A stretch of 64,000 nt of DNA from Patescibacteria group bacterium (GTDB taxonomy: Bacteria; Patescibacteriota; Saccharimonadia; Saccharimonadales; JAZKJC01). Location of the stretch: the NCBI GenBank assembly GCA_040384565.1, contig JAZKJC010000008.1, positions 18,049 to 82,048 of the forward strand. Direction: 5' to 3'. The stretch's first letter is position 1. Each line of letters starts with the position of its first letter. Under the pieces are notes generated by a model, which saw only the letters and a program-made list of their open reading frames with translations, had not been told where the DNA came from and made no database searches. Positions 47,633-56,981 of this stretch are shown one piece after another. Made by a program: the position numbers and the translations under genes.

Positions 47633-48610
47633 TTGATAATAATGCTTGAAGCACCGTTTGCAATTCTTGTTATTCTCATTTTAGTAACGGTTAGTGGCTT
47701 TGCGACCAACTACAAGCGGCGCCATAGAAAGTTCGAAACTGCCGGGACTTCTATTCTTATGACTTATTATACAGAGGGAATGGAGCTTATACCCCTGAAA
47801 AAGGGCTTAATAGGCGATATGCACTTCACGGCAATTGCTGCTTTTTCTAAACTAATCAACGGTGCAGACAGCAGGCCGGCGCTTTTATTCCGCGTTGAAC
47901 TGCCTTTTCACAGCCGAGTTCACTTACTTGGTATTCCCAAGCAGTCCGGCGCAATACAGCTGGAACCAGCTGGAGGTAAAAGTGTGATGGAACTGGTTGA
48001 ATTAGAAGGTGATTACCCGAAATACTTTTCGCTGTTTGCGGAAAAGGAAATGCAAGCTCAGAGCAGGTATGTGCTTGATCCAAAGGCAATGGTATTTACT
48101 ATTGATTTCTGCCAGTCGCATAACTGGGAAATCTTGGGTGGGGATCTCTATTTTGTACAAGCTACTGCTAATGTTCCGGGTGATAAGACGAACATGATCG
48201 ATGACGCAGTACAGTTTGTAAAGGAAATCGAGCCTGCGATAGCCATACCTCTAACGGAAACTGAAATCCGTCTGCGTACGCCATACAACGAAGAGCGAAG
48301 AACCGATTTGGCGTGTCCACTGTGTAATAAAACTTTGCTAAACGAGCAAAGCTTTCTGGCGTGTCCGGATAACCATGGATTTCTACTGAAAGCGACTGTT
48401 CTACTACAAATAAACCGTGGAACCGTGGTTTTACCAAATGTTTCTGCGCATGAAAACGTAAAACGCAACATACCTGCTGCCTGTCCAGCGTGTGGAGAGA
48501 TTATGAAGCATGTACCTTACAACGGCGGCAAAACCATTATAGATAGCTGCAATAACTGCCCATACCGCTGGCTCGACGCAGGCGAGTTAGTAGCAAATAT
48601 GACCAACTAA
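47633..48610 (+). CDS. hypothetical protein with C-terminal zinc-ribbon motifs
   Basis: CPLCN...C and CPACGE...CNNCP cysteine pairs. N-terminal TM. Confidence 0.5.
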   Translation: MIIMLEAPFAILVILILVTVSGFATNYKRRHRKFETAGTSILMTYYTEGMELIPLKKGLIGDMHFTAIAAFSKLINGADSRPALLFRVELPFHSRVHLLGIPKQSGAIQLEPAGGKSVMELVELEGDYPKYFSLFAEKEMQAQSRYVLDPKAMVFTIDFCQSHNWEILGGDLYFVQATANVPGDKTNMIDDAVQFVKEIEPAIAIPLTETEIRLRTPYNEERRTDLACPLCNKTLLNEQSFLACPDNHGFLLKATVLLQINRGTVVLPNVSAHENVKRNIPAACPACGEIMKHVPYNGGKTIIDSCNNCPYRWLDAGELVANMTN

Positions 48611-48693
48611 AAAAACAGTAAGTACCCAGAAAGATCCGTGAGGGCGATATACCGTAACTTTGATGTCCTAAACGACATTAAAGCCCGACAAGC

Positions 48694-49554
48694 TTAGGTC
48701 TCAATTTTATTCTGTTTGATCCAAAGCCTTACAGCCTGCACATGCGAGCAATCGCCTCGCTTAGCAAAAGGCTTTTGCCCATTAGACAACGGGCAATCAC
48801 AACCCCAGTCATGATTAGATATAAAAATAAGCTCGTGGTCACTTGTGTTTCCTTTTACTAAAAAGCTAATGTTACTCCTAGCCTGTACTTTGTTATTTAG
48901 AAAATATTTAAGAGCTTGGTGAAACAGTTTAATAAATGAAATATACGATCCTGAAGCCAGATACTGACGAGCGTATTTTAAGGTATGTGACTGAAGATTT
49001 TGGGGTAAGTCATTAAACTGCCGTCTATTTTGCAAGCTGCTTTGTATGCACTCGCTTACTGCTTTTCTCTTAGCTACACTTATGTTAAATAACAGTATAT
49101 CTGGACGTGCTAAAATCTGTTGAGTCAGTTCATTATGATATACGATCGTAATTGTGCCGATGAAATCATTAGATGCATCTAAATACTTTTTGAGCAAAGA
49201 CTTAAACTTTTCTGAATAGAGCTGCATTTGACCAATTTCATCGATATAGAGCAATTCATTTGCATGGAACGTTGAAAGACTTTTTACGAATCCATCAAGT
49301 ACATTCGGCTGGACATAGTAATGCCCGACTTTCTTGCTCGACAGCCTATCTATTTGAGCCAGGACCGCGGTGTTTCCACTCGTATCCTCAACCATGAAAC
49401 CCGTACGACGACCATTTTGAGACACTTCTTTACTGACAAAGCCCTTTTTTGCGTCTATGTCTTTAAGCACGCTGATAAGCATAGTACTCTTGCCACTTTT
49501 TGGCTGACCCGTAATAAGTATTTTCATTCTCTCAATGTTATCATGCCGAATCAT
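48694..49554 (-). CDS. THEP1-like P-loop NTPase fused to a SWIM-type zinc finger
   Basis: Walker A ILITGQPKSGKST and Walker B LLYIDEIG. The C-terminus CDCP...C.H is the SWIM CxCxnCxH pattern. Confidence 0.6.
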   Translation of the reverse strand: MIRHDNIERMKILITGQPKSGKSTMLISVLKDIDAKKGFVSKEVSQNGRRTGFMVEDTSGNTAVLAQIDRLSSKKVGHYYVQPNVLDGFVKSLSTFHANELLYIDEIGQMQLYSEKFKSLLKKYLDASNDFIGTITIVYHNELTQQILARPDILLFNISVAKRKAVSECIQSSLQNRRQFNDLPQNLQSHTLKYARQYLASGSYISFIKLFHQALKYFLNNKVQARSNISFLVKGNTSDHELIFISNHDWGCDCPLSNGQKPFAKRGDCSHVQAVRLWIKQNKIET

Positions 49555-49582
49555 ATCCGTTAGGACGTGATAGTATAGCTAC

Positions 49583-50209
49583 ATGATCAACATAACGGCG
49601 AAATCCCCAAATGAAGCTTGGGTAGAAACGTTCAAAGCTCTTTTACAAAAGAGCAGTGAAACAGGGAACAAAAAGTACTTTCGTGATGAGACAACAGTTA
49701 TTGAGATCACTCACCCGTCAGTTGCCCCAGCGGATTCACGCTTCCCTATGGCACAAGCCGATCTTGATGTTATCAACCATTACATTCATACGGGAGAGAA
49801 TGAGGAGAATGTCGTTCATGAGTGGACCAAGCTCTACTATCACCGCGCCTTTGATAAGCCAAAATCCCAAATAGAATTTTTGATAGATAAATTGAATGCC
49901 GATCAACCCGTTGGCGAGGCACAGATTTCGATGTGGAATAAAAATATAGATCAGGGGCAGAAAGTATCCCCTTGCACTCAAATTATATGGGCTCGTATTA
50001 AACATAACCGACTAGAGCTACACGTACACGCTAATTCTTCTGATGCCTATAACAAGCTGCTTATGAACATGTTGGAGTTCATATCCCTACAGCACTATAT
50101 TGCCCAAAAAGTAAATGTGCCGGTGGGCAAATTCTACCATTTCATCGACTCTTGCCATTTGCACCATAAAGATATTACAGTTATTACAGAGCTCCATGCT
50201 AAGCTATAA
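49583..50209 (+). CDS. short thymidylate-synthase-fold (ThyA / dCMP-hydroxymethylase-like) protein
   Basis: 208 aa. SPCTQIIWARIKHNRLELHVHANSSDAYNKLLMNMLEFISLQHYIAQKVNVPVGKFYHFIDSCHLHHKD aligns with the TS block PCH..QFYV..LSCQLYQRS.D.FLG.PFNIASYALL..M.A.....G.F....GD.H.Y.NH. The catalytic Pro-Cys is present. Confidence 0.5.
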   Translation: MINITAKSPNEAWVETFKALLQKSSETGNKKYFRDETTVIEITHPSVAPADSRFPMAQADLDVINHYIHTGENEENVVHEWTKLYYHRAFDKPKSQIEFLIDKLNADQPVGEAQISMWNKNIDQGQKVSPCTQIIWARIKHNRLELHVHANSSDAYNKLLMNMLEFISLQHYIAQKVNVPVGKFYHFIDSCHLHHKDITVITELHAKL

Positions 50210-50258
50210 CAGAAGAATGCGTTTGATTATAAATTAATATTATGGTATACCGTTTACT

Positions 50259-51470
50259 ATGAAAAGTGAGTTAGCCCCGGCTGTTATTGCTGGATTTGAC
50301 TTTGTACAAGGTGCCGACGCCCCAGATATTAATGACACGTACCGTCATAATTTGAGCCGCCTGGTACTTCTTCAGGATAAAGGCGTCACTCATTTTTATG
50401 GTTGTTATCTTGACCTTGAACCGGATAATAAGGTCTGGATGAGCCCGGTTGAGGTAGATGACGGCGAAAACTATTCATATTTTCAAGTTTTATACGTCAA
50501 TACCACTCCGCAGGAAGCTTTGGACAGAAAAGATTTACCCGTATCTGGGCTGGAAGTAAACGAAACCAGCTTTAAACTGAACTCTAGTACTGACCCCGAG
50601 TTTCGGCAGTTGATGGCTCAATTTGATAGTGGGGAAAAACATATTCTTGTAAGATACTGCAATAATGGCATGGCATACTACCCCCGCAGCATTACACCCA
50701 GACAAGAAACTGAAGTCCGCAATAGACACCTGGAAAAATTAATCGTTGCAACAGGATTACGCGAACCAGAATTAACTATCTCTTTGGTCATGCCATCACA
50801 AAATGGCAATTCTATAATCACTCCACAGCTTTTTGACACCGTTCACGCCAAAAAATTTCCTTTTAACGGCGGTGAAGTATACTCATACGGCATATTACTA
50901 GAGGATGACCCTTGGCAATATTATGAAGTCTTTACGCCACGCAGAATTGAGAAAATGACAGGTAGCGATTTGCTAGTACGCATTGACTCGGGGTGTGATA
51001 TCGGGCAGATATATGATGACCATGGCTGTGATTGCCGCGAGCAGTTTCATGGTGCCTTAGCGGAAATGCAGCAATTAGGCCGGGGTGTAGTTATACATAT
51101 TCCAGCTCAGGACGGCAGAGGTTATGGTACGGCGACAAAAATGGAAACAGAAGGATTAAAACGGGGCATTGAAGTCGCTACTAACCATAGTAATGCTAAA
51201 CCTGTAGATACGATAACTGCAGCGCAAATGGTGCTAGGGACTGAATTTGATATAAGGACCTATAGGGGCGCGGGTAGGTTGCTCACGATGCTTGGTCTTA
51301 GGTCTATAATTCTTCAAACTGACAATCGCTTGAAGACAGCCGGAGTAATTAGTGAAGGAATAGATGTGAGAAGAACCCCAACCAACACCAGTGGAGCTAA
51401 TGGTTCAATGCAACATGTAGAAGCCAAACACCTTCACTCAAAAATATACTATGAGGCAAGCAGGGCTTAA
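50259..51470 (+). CDS. fusion protein: unknown N-terminal domain (~200 aa) plus a GTP cyclohydrolase II (RibA)-like C-terminal domain
   Basis: LVRIDSGCDIGQIYDDHGCDCREQ gives the zinc-binding C...CxC. GVVIHIPAQDGRGYG fits QEGRGIGL. A ...LLTML...IILQTDN tail follows, as in GCHII. Confidence 0.6.
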   Translation: MKSELAPAVIAGFDFVQGADAPDINDTYRHNLSRLVLLQDKGVTHFYGCYLDLEPDNKVWMSPVEVDDGENYSYFQVLYVNTTPQEALDRKDLPVSGLEVNETSFKLNSSTDPEFRQLMAQFDSGEKHILVRYCNNGMAYYPRSITPRQETEVRNRHLEKLIVATGLREPELTISLVMPSQNGNSIITPQLFDTVHAKKFPFNGGEVYSYGILLEDDPWQYYEVFTPRRIEKMTGSDLLVRIDSGCDIGQIYDDHGCDCREQFHGALAEMQQLGRGVVIHIPAQDGRGYGTATKMETEGLKRGIEVATNHSNAKPVDTITAAQMVLGTEFDIRTYRGAGRLLTMLGLRSIILQTDNRLKTAGVISEGIDVRRTPTNTSGANGSMQHVEAKHLHSKIYYEASRA

Positions 51471-51471
51471 C

Positions 51472-52362
51472 ATGGAAAGTATAGAACCGGCAGAGCCTTA
51501 CTATCCACCCGCAGCGCCTGGAATTGAAAAAATTAGAAATCGCTGGATAGAGATTGATTCGATGGCCGGGCTAGGAATAGATCCAGACCTTGAAAGAATT
51601 CCGGCGGAAATCTGGGAAGAAGTCGGCGGAGCTGAAAATGTTGCCGACGGGATCACACTATTTGCAAAAGGTATCATAGACGCGACGGCTGATCTTGTGG
51701 TTGATATGAAGCCTAACCCCGTCTTCTTTAAGGGCAGCGCAGGTCGTCTTGCTCTTGCCAATACTTTTGCTTATATGAAAGAAAAGCATCCCGGTGTCCT
51801 GCGAGTGTGTGACGGTAAGTTTGCCGAAGTCGGGCACTCAGCAGAAAAAATTGCCGATGAAATTTTTGGCGATTTAGACGCCGATGCCGTATTGCTTAAT
51901 CCCTACTTAGGTTTTGACGCGATTGAGCCTTTTGCTAAGTGGAAAGATAAGTTGGTAATTTTGTGTGTCAATACTTCTAATCCTTCGGCAGCGCAGATTC
52001 AAAACTTACCGCTGACCGATGGTAACCCGCTATGGAAACACATACTGCTGGAAAGCATGCAATCATGGAATTATAACGGGAACATCATACCAGTTATGAG
52101 TGCTACACATCCAGACAATTTAATTGGAATAAGGGATATCGTCGGCGATACGCCAATACTACTGGCTGGAGTAGGCAGCCAAGGTGGTAGTGTAGATGAG
52201 ACGGTGCCTGGCTGTCTGGATTCGCAAGGTTACGGACTCATGATTGGCGCTTCTCGCGCAGTGCTATACCCAGATGTTCAGGCGGGCGAAACAGCCATCC
52301 ATGCATCTCGGCGCGCGGCCCTGACACTACGCGACAACATCAATTTAGCAAAGGCTGCTTGA
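51472..52362 (+). CDS. OMP-decarboxylase-family (ribulose-phosphate-binding barrel) protein with a non-canonical catalytic motif
   Basis: VDMKPNPVFF occupies the DxKxxD position with the second Asp replaced. ILLAGVGSQGGS matches the PGVGAQGG phosphate-binding loop. The start is taken at the second Met, giving a 1-nt gap after the upstream stop. Confidence 0.5.
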   Translation: MESIEPAEPYYPPAAPGIEKIRNRWIEIDSMAGLGIDPDLERIPAEIWEEVGGAENVADGITLFAKGIIDATADLVVDMKPNPVFFKGSAGRLALANTFAYMKEKHPGVLRVCDGKFAEVGHSAEKIADEIFGDLDADAVLLNPYLGFDAIEPFAKWKDKLVILCVNTSNPSAAQIQNLPLTDGNPLWKHILLESMQSWNYNGNIIPVMSATHPDNLIGIRDIVGDTPILLAGVGSQGGSVDETVPGCLDSQGYGLMIGASRAVLYPDVQAGETAIHASRRAALTLRDNINLAKAA

Positions 52363-53003
52363 TGAACAAAATCATATTCGCCCCAGAACAGCGCAGCGCA
52401 GAGTTAGACCTCGCGCATGAACGTAAACTTCTAAAGGATCGGCTATTCATTTTACTACTTGGGCCATCTGGAGTTGGTAAATCCACCATTATAAAAGAAT
52501 TAAATAATCTAACTGGTAACACCAGATTTTCTTATGTGAAACCTTTTATGACAAGACCGCTTCGCCCTGATGAAACAGATAAAATTAGCATTAGTTCTGA
52601 AGGATTTGATCAGATGAAAGATCGAAGTGAGTTCGTGGTTGTAAACGATAGGTACCATGTACGCTATGGTACGCCTCTGTCCGGCATCCTTAGTCCGCTC
52701 AGCCAGCAGATAACACCAATTCTAGATTACCCACTGGAAACAGTGCCAGCACTGCAAAGACCAGAGTACGACACCCTTAATTTTTATGTCTATCCGGCTT
52801 CAATTGAGGAGTGGAAACAAAGAATGGAGAGTAGCGGGAGAAATATGAATGGTCGATTGGAGGCAGGCTTACATGAGCTAGGCAGACTTGCTGCACTAGG
52901 TTTTGTCCACCCTGATATTGATTTAAGCGTTGTTAATGCAGATGGCGCCAGTAGCGCTGCAGCACACGATATTCTAGAATGCATAGACACGCTGGTCACG
53001 TAG
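52359..53003 (+). CDS. guanylate-kinase-like P-loop nucleotide kinase (divergent)
   Basis: LLGPSGVGKSTIIKEL P-loop, then TRPLRPDE...F...YGT blocks that resemble Gmk. The canonical GMP-binding Tyr and Glu positions are not conserved. Confidence 0.55.
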   Translation: MMNKIIFAPEQRSAELDLAHERKLLKDRLFILLLGPSGVGKSTIIKELNNLTGNTRFSYVKPFMTRPLRPDETDKISISSEGFDQMKDRSEFVVVNDRYHVRYGTPLSGILSPLSQQITPILDYPLETVPALQRPEYDTLNFYVYPASIEEWKQRMESSGRNMNGRLEAGLHELGRLAALGFVHPDIDLSVVNADGASSAAAHDILECIDTLVT

Positions 53004-53004
53004 T

Positions 53005-53481
53005 TCAGTTTGCTTCAGCAGTTGGCACTTCTGGCTGTGCTCGCGCCTGAGCTTGCTCGACGCTTCCGTAGGCATGCATTGATCCCGGGACAAGCCTATA
53101 TGCTGGCCTATCCTCTTGTGGGTAGACCATTGGATTACCTATTACGTTAGCACAAGAGGCACAGGCTAGGGAACCGGCTCTTTTTATAGTCTTGGACGTG
53201 AGATCCACCAGTTCTAACACAAGCGCTGGAGGCCAAACTATTCGGTCGTTATAACACCTTTTTAACTGACCTGGACCATCTTTCTGATACACCATTACCG
53301 GCTCTTCACAACTAGCACAAGCTATATACAAAAACCTCGAAGCGCCCCGAGCACGAGCATATCTATCTTTTCGGGGCTTAAACGTATCATTTGGAAATTC
53401 CATTTGGCTATTATTATACAATATACAAGGTATTAATCCCAGTGTTTCATTCTTACAGCATCCCTCGCCAACCCTGTCCAC
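53005..53481 (-). CDS. hypothetical Cys-rich protein (two CASC-type pairs)
   Basis: 158 aa with ACASCEEP and ACASCANV. Confidence 0.4.
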   Translation of the reverse strand: MDRVGEGCCKNETLGLIPCILYNNSQMEFPNDTFKPRKDRYARARGASRFLYIACASCEEPVMVYQKDGPGQLKRCYNDRIVWPPALVLELVDLTSKTIKRAGSLACASCANVIGNPMVYPQEDRPAYRLVPGSMHAYGSVEQAQARAQPEVPTAEAN

Positions 53482-53569
53482 GCTGTTCTACGCACTACGG
53501 CCACCTTGCGGTCTACTGGCTCATTGATCATTCCCAGACGATATAAAACATTACACGTTCTTGTTTTAC

Positions 53570-55564
53570 CTATTTGCGGGCTAGTTTTTGTTTGATAATT
53601 TTCTTGATTTTAGTGCGCAAGGGCGGGCTTACTATTGGCAGGCTAAAGTAAAATTTTGTACCTGTGCCATGAGATGATTCAAACCAGAGTTTGCCGTGCA
53701 TTTGCTCAATGTATTCTTTGGTTATGTACATACCTAGCCCTGTACCTGTGACGCTTTTGCGGTCTTCATGTTCCACGCGGAAGAACTTTTCAAACATATG
53801 GGCTTTTTGGTCTTCTGGGATGCCTAAGCCATTATCTTCTATGCATGTGACTAACAGATTGTCTTGGACTTGGTGGGAAACTATTACGTGACCACCGGGA
53901 CGGTTGTATTTGATGGCGTTTGAAACAAAATTATTAATTATTATTCTGAGTCTTTGCTCATCCGCAAGCACGTCTGCTTCGTGTACGTGCTTGTACTCCA
54001 GGGTTACATTGGTAATTTTAGCCACGACGGCCATGGTGCTTATGACGTCTTCTACGACAGGCTTAATTGGCACTGTCGTTAGCGCGAACTCTGACCGGCC
54101 ACTTTCTAGACGGGCGACGTTGAGCATATCATTTACCAAATCGCGCAGGCGAGCCGATCCGTAATATGCTTGGTCAATCAGAAACTTTGCCTTATCATCC
54201 AGTTTTTTGTCGTACATTTCATTAAACATTGATAAATGACCGATAATTGCGGTCAGTGGTGCCCGCAGCTCATGAGTGGCCACAGATATAAATTCTTTAT
54301 TTTTCTCATCTACGGATTTTTCGACATCAAAAATACGTTGGGCCATAGCATTCATGGTTTCCGCCAGACGCACAAATTCGCCGTCAGCATGGTCTAGCGC
54401 AATTTTATAATCCAGCCTGCCCGAACCAAATACCATAGCCCCACTAACAAGGCTAACAATATTGCGCAGGGTCCGCTGTATAAAGAATGTGCCAACCCAA
54501 ACAAAGCCCACCATAAATAACCCAATCACTACCACAGCCGCAAGCTGCGCATCCCTAAGAGTCGCCAGTACGGCTGCCGTAGGCGAAGCAATTGCCACCG
54601 ACCAGTTGGACGAGCCAGCCGGTGCCCCCACAACCGTATGGTCTACATTGTCCAGAGGTATATTTATATACGGTTCATGATGCAGTTCATTAATGCTGGT
54701 TTTGAACCCGTCAGCATCTTTAAGAATAGGGTAGGCCGGGCTGCCGGTGCTATCCAGTAATAACGCTAATGTCCTTGTCCGGTCTATCGGGGCACTTTCC
54801 CAAACCTGCCTAATGAAATTTTCGTTTTGCAAATCATAGGCAGCCAAAACACTCCCGCCAGGAATTTGAAAAGCAAAAACGGCCAATTGGTAACCCTCGG
54901 CAGTGGCTAGCTTACCTCTTATTGAGCCTACTAACGCACTCTCCGCATCAGGCTGAAAAATATTTGTAGAAGCCTTGAATATGCCGGAGTAGGCCGAACT
55001 GACAGGTTGTTTTTTGTCGTTAATTATCAGTAACGCCAAAGTTTCTGGGAAAAATTGCTTAAACGCGGAAATACGTTCATTTATACGCTGGTTTTGGTCT
55101 TGAATCATTTCCTCGCCAAGCAATACGTATTCGTTTTCCAAAGACGCTAGGTTACCTGTGTTACTGCCCGCAAAACCACCGCGGAATGGCTCGCAGACAC
55201 CATTTGGAGCATCCTTGAAAGTAAACTTTTTCTGCATGTGGGCCCGGCAAGCATCACGGTTGTCATCTAATTGTTTTCTGTCGGAGTTATATTCGCTTTT
55301 GATTACAAATAGCTCCGTACCGCTTTGCTTGAGAATAGTTTCACGCAGGGCAAACTCACGCTCCAGCGTAGCGGCAGTTGTTGTGGCGGAACGCTTAAGG
55401 CCATCTATAGCTTGCCGGTGCAAAATATTTCCAAGCTGCCAAATGGTTGCCGCGCTCAACAACAATAGAGCCACAAAAGGCGGCGCCAACACTCGCATGA
55501 CAAACCGACGGTGCAGGTTACCGTTATTTTTGCTCTCAGACATAAGCATTATTGTACATGGCAA
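53570..55564 (-). CDS. sensor histidine kinase (periplasmic sensor, HAMP, HisKA, HATPase_c)
   Basis: H-box ATHELRAPLTAI, N-box NAIKYN, and G1/G2 boxes DNGLGI and GTGLGM. Confidence 0.85.
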   Translation of the reverse strand: MPCTIMLMSESKNNGNLHRRFVMRVLAPPFVALLLLSAATIWQLGNILHRQAIDGLKRSATTTAATLEREFALRETILKQSGTELFVIKSEYNSDRKQLDDNRDACRAHMQKKFTFKDAPNGVCEPFRGGFAGSNTGNLASLENEYVLLGEEMIQDQNQRINERISAFKQFFPETLALLIINDKKQPVSSAYSGIFKASTNIFQPDAESALVGSIRGKLATAEGYQLAVFAFQIPGGSVLAAYDLQNENFIRQVWESAPIDRTRTLALLLDSTGSPAYPILKDADGFKTSINELHHEPYINIPLDNVDHTVVGAPAGSSNWSVAIASPTAAVLATLRDAQLAAVVVIGLFMVGFVWVGTFFIQRTLRNIVSLVSGAMVFGSGRLDYKIALDHADGEFVRLAETMNAMAQRIFDVEKSVDEKNKEFISVATHELRAPLTAIIGHLSMFNEMYDKKLDDKAKFLIDQAYYGSARLRDLVNDMLNVARLESGRSEFALTTVPIKPVVEDVISTMAVVAKITNVTLEYKHVHEADVLADEQRLRIIINNFVSNAIKYNRPGGHVIVSHQVQDNLLVTCIEDNGLGIPEDQKAHMFEKFFRVEHEDRKSVTGTGLGMYITKEYIEQMHGKLWFESSHGTGTKFYFSLPIVSPPLRTKIKKIIKQKLARK

Positions 55565-55589
55565 ACATCGATATTGGTTAGGTTGAGCG

Positions 55590-56462
55590 CTATATTCCTA
55601 TACAGTTATGCGCTGTGTTTATAGTTGCTGACTGCGTGAATGTTGGAGCATCAATGGTAATCTGCAGGCTAAAGTTGGTGGCCGGGAGACAGGGGAGGGT
55701 GATTACTTTTTGCCTTGTAGTTAGTGAGCTTCCGTTTGGAGCCGAGAAACTACTAGTTTCATTGGCACTTTGTAAACTACTGCGCCAGCTATAACTGACG
55801 GTTCCGGGCCCGTTCTGAGTGCTTAAGCCAGAGTTAAATACATAAATTTTTGAACACGTTTGGGGCTTGGGTTTAGGGGTCGTACAGTCCAGTGAGCTGC
55901 TATCTAACTGAAAACTGGCTATTGAGGCACTAAATATTAAAGGTGCTGGCGGCGGGCTGCCGGCAGGAGGAGGTGGGCTTGTAGTAGGCGAAGTTGTGCC
56001 ACCGCCAGTGGATGCTGTGCCATTAGCTGATGTACTGCCATTGGTATTTATTGCAAATGACGACGGACTGCCGGCAGGTACCGCCGCAGCTGGCTGATTG
56101 TTAGCATTATCACTATTCTTTTTGAGTTCATCAGTTTTATCTTTGCTCAAAAGCGTACCATAACCTTGACCCCCGTTAGTCACCCCAGCCAGGAGGTCTG
56201 CCAATGATGACTTTTGTGATACTCGTAGATATGTAGCAGTGCCAGCCAATAGCAAAAAGATTAACGTCAAAATCACAGGCAGGCTATAATCACGCACAAA
56301 CCGCCTAGCACGAATATAGGGATGAACCCAGCTAGTATTAAGGCTCTCGCGAAATATTTTGGTAAGACGCTTGTTTGAATCTATACCAGTCACTCTGAAC
56401 TTTGGCCTAGATCGAACATGTGATATTTTGCTGTACATATTTGTTATTTTTACTACTATCAA
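55590..56462 (-). CDS. hypothetical membrane-anchored S/T/P/G-rich protein
   Basis: 290 aa with a TM helix and a low-complexity region. Confidence 0.45.
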   Translation of the reverse strand: MIVVKITNMYSKISHVRSRPKFRVTGIDSNKRLTKIFRESLNTSWVHPYIRARRFVRDYSLPVILTLIFLLLAGTATYLRVSQKSSLADLLAGVTNGGQGYGTLLSKDKTDELKKNSDNANNQPAAAVPAGSPSSFAINTNGSTSANGTASTGGGTTSPTTSPPPPAGSPPPAPLIFSASIASFQLDSSSLDCTTPKPKPQTCSKIYVFNSGLSTQNGPGTVSYSWRSSLQSANETSSFSAPNGSSLTTRQKVITLPCLPATNFSLQITIDAPTFTQSATINTAHNCIGI

Positions 56463-56981
56463 GTATGTCAGTATTCTGCAGGTTGTCCAGTCTTTTCTCT
56501 ATAAATTACTCTGCGTGCTTGTGGTTTGATTAGGCTGCTGCGTCCCCTGCAATTACTTCAGCTCCAGTAACTTCTTTTGAGGCAGTGACATAATCAGAAT
56601 ATGCCCTTATGGCAGTTCTGCCTAAAGGGGGCGGGAATAACGTGGCCCTTAACTGCGGACCCATGACAGCGCTTCGCAACGCGTCATGACCGGGCGTATG
56701 TCCAAAATAATTTACAATGCTTACAGCACCCCCATGGGGGACTTCAGCCTCTAGCGGGCCACTAAGCCCAGCTTCAACTACACCCATTCACATCCTTTTT
56801 CTTAAGCAAATATACGATAACAGTTACGTTAAATATTTTCTGTTAGATTTTTTACATCTACAGTTGTTGTTTTATTAATCTATTTTGTGGACTAATGTTG
56901 ACGGTTATGCTACCTTGTTCTCAGAAACAAATATCTCTTTGGGACTTAAACTGGTGACAAACATAATAAGGAGGGTCAGTC

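Noticed and set aside
56530-56787. 85-aa minus-strand ORF (Gly/Ala/Pro-rich)
   Set aside because: No motif, and unusual composition relative to neighbours. Kept out of the feature list as probably non-coding, although a small protein cannot be excluded.
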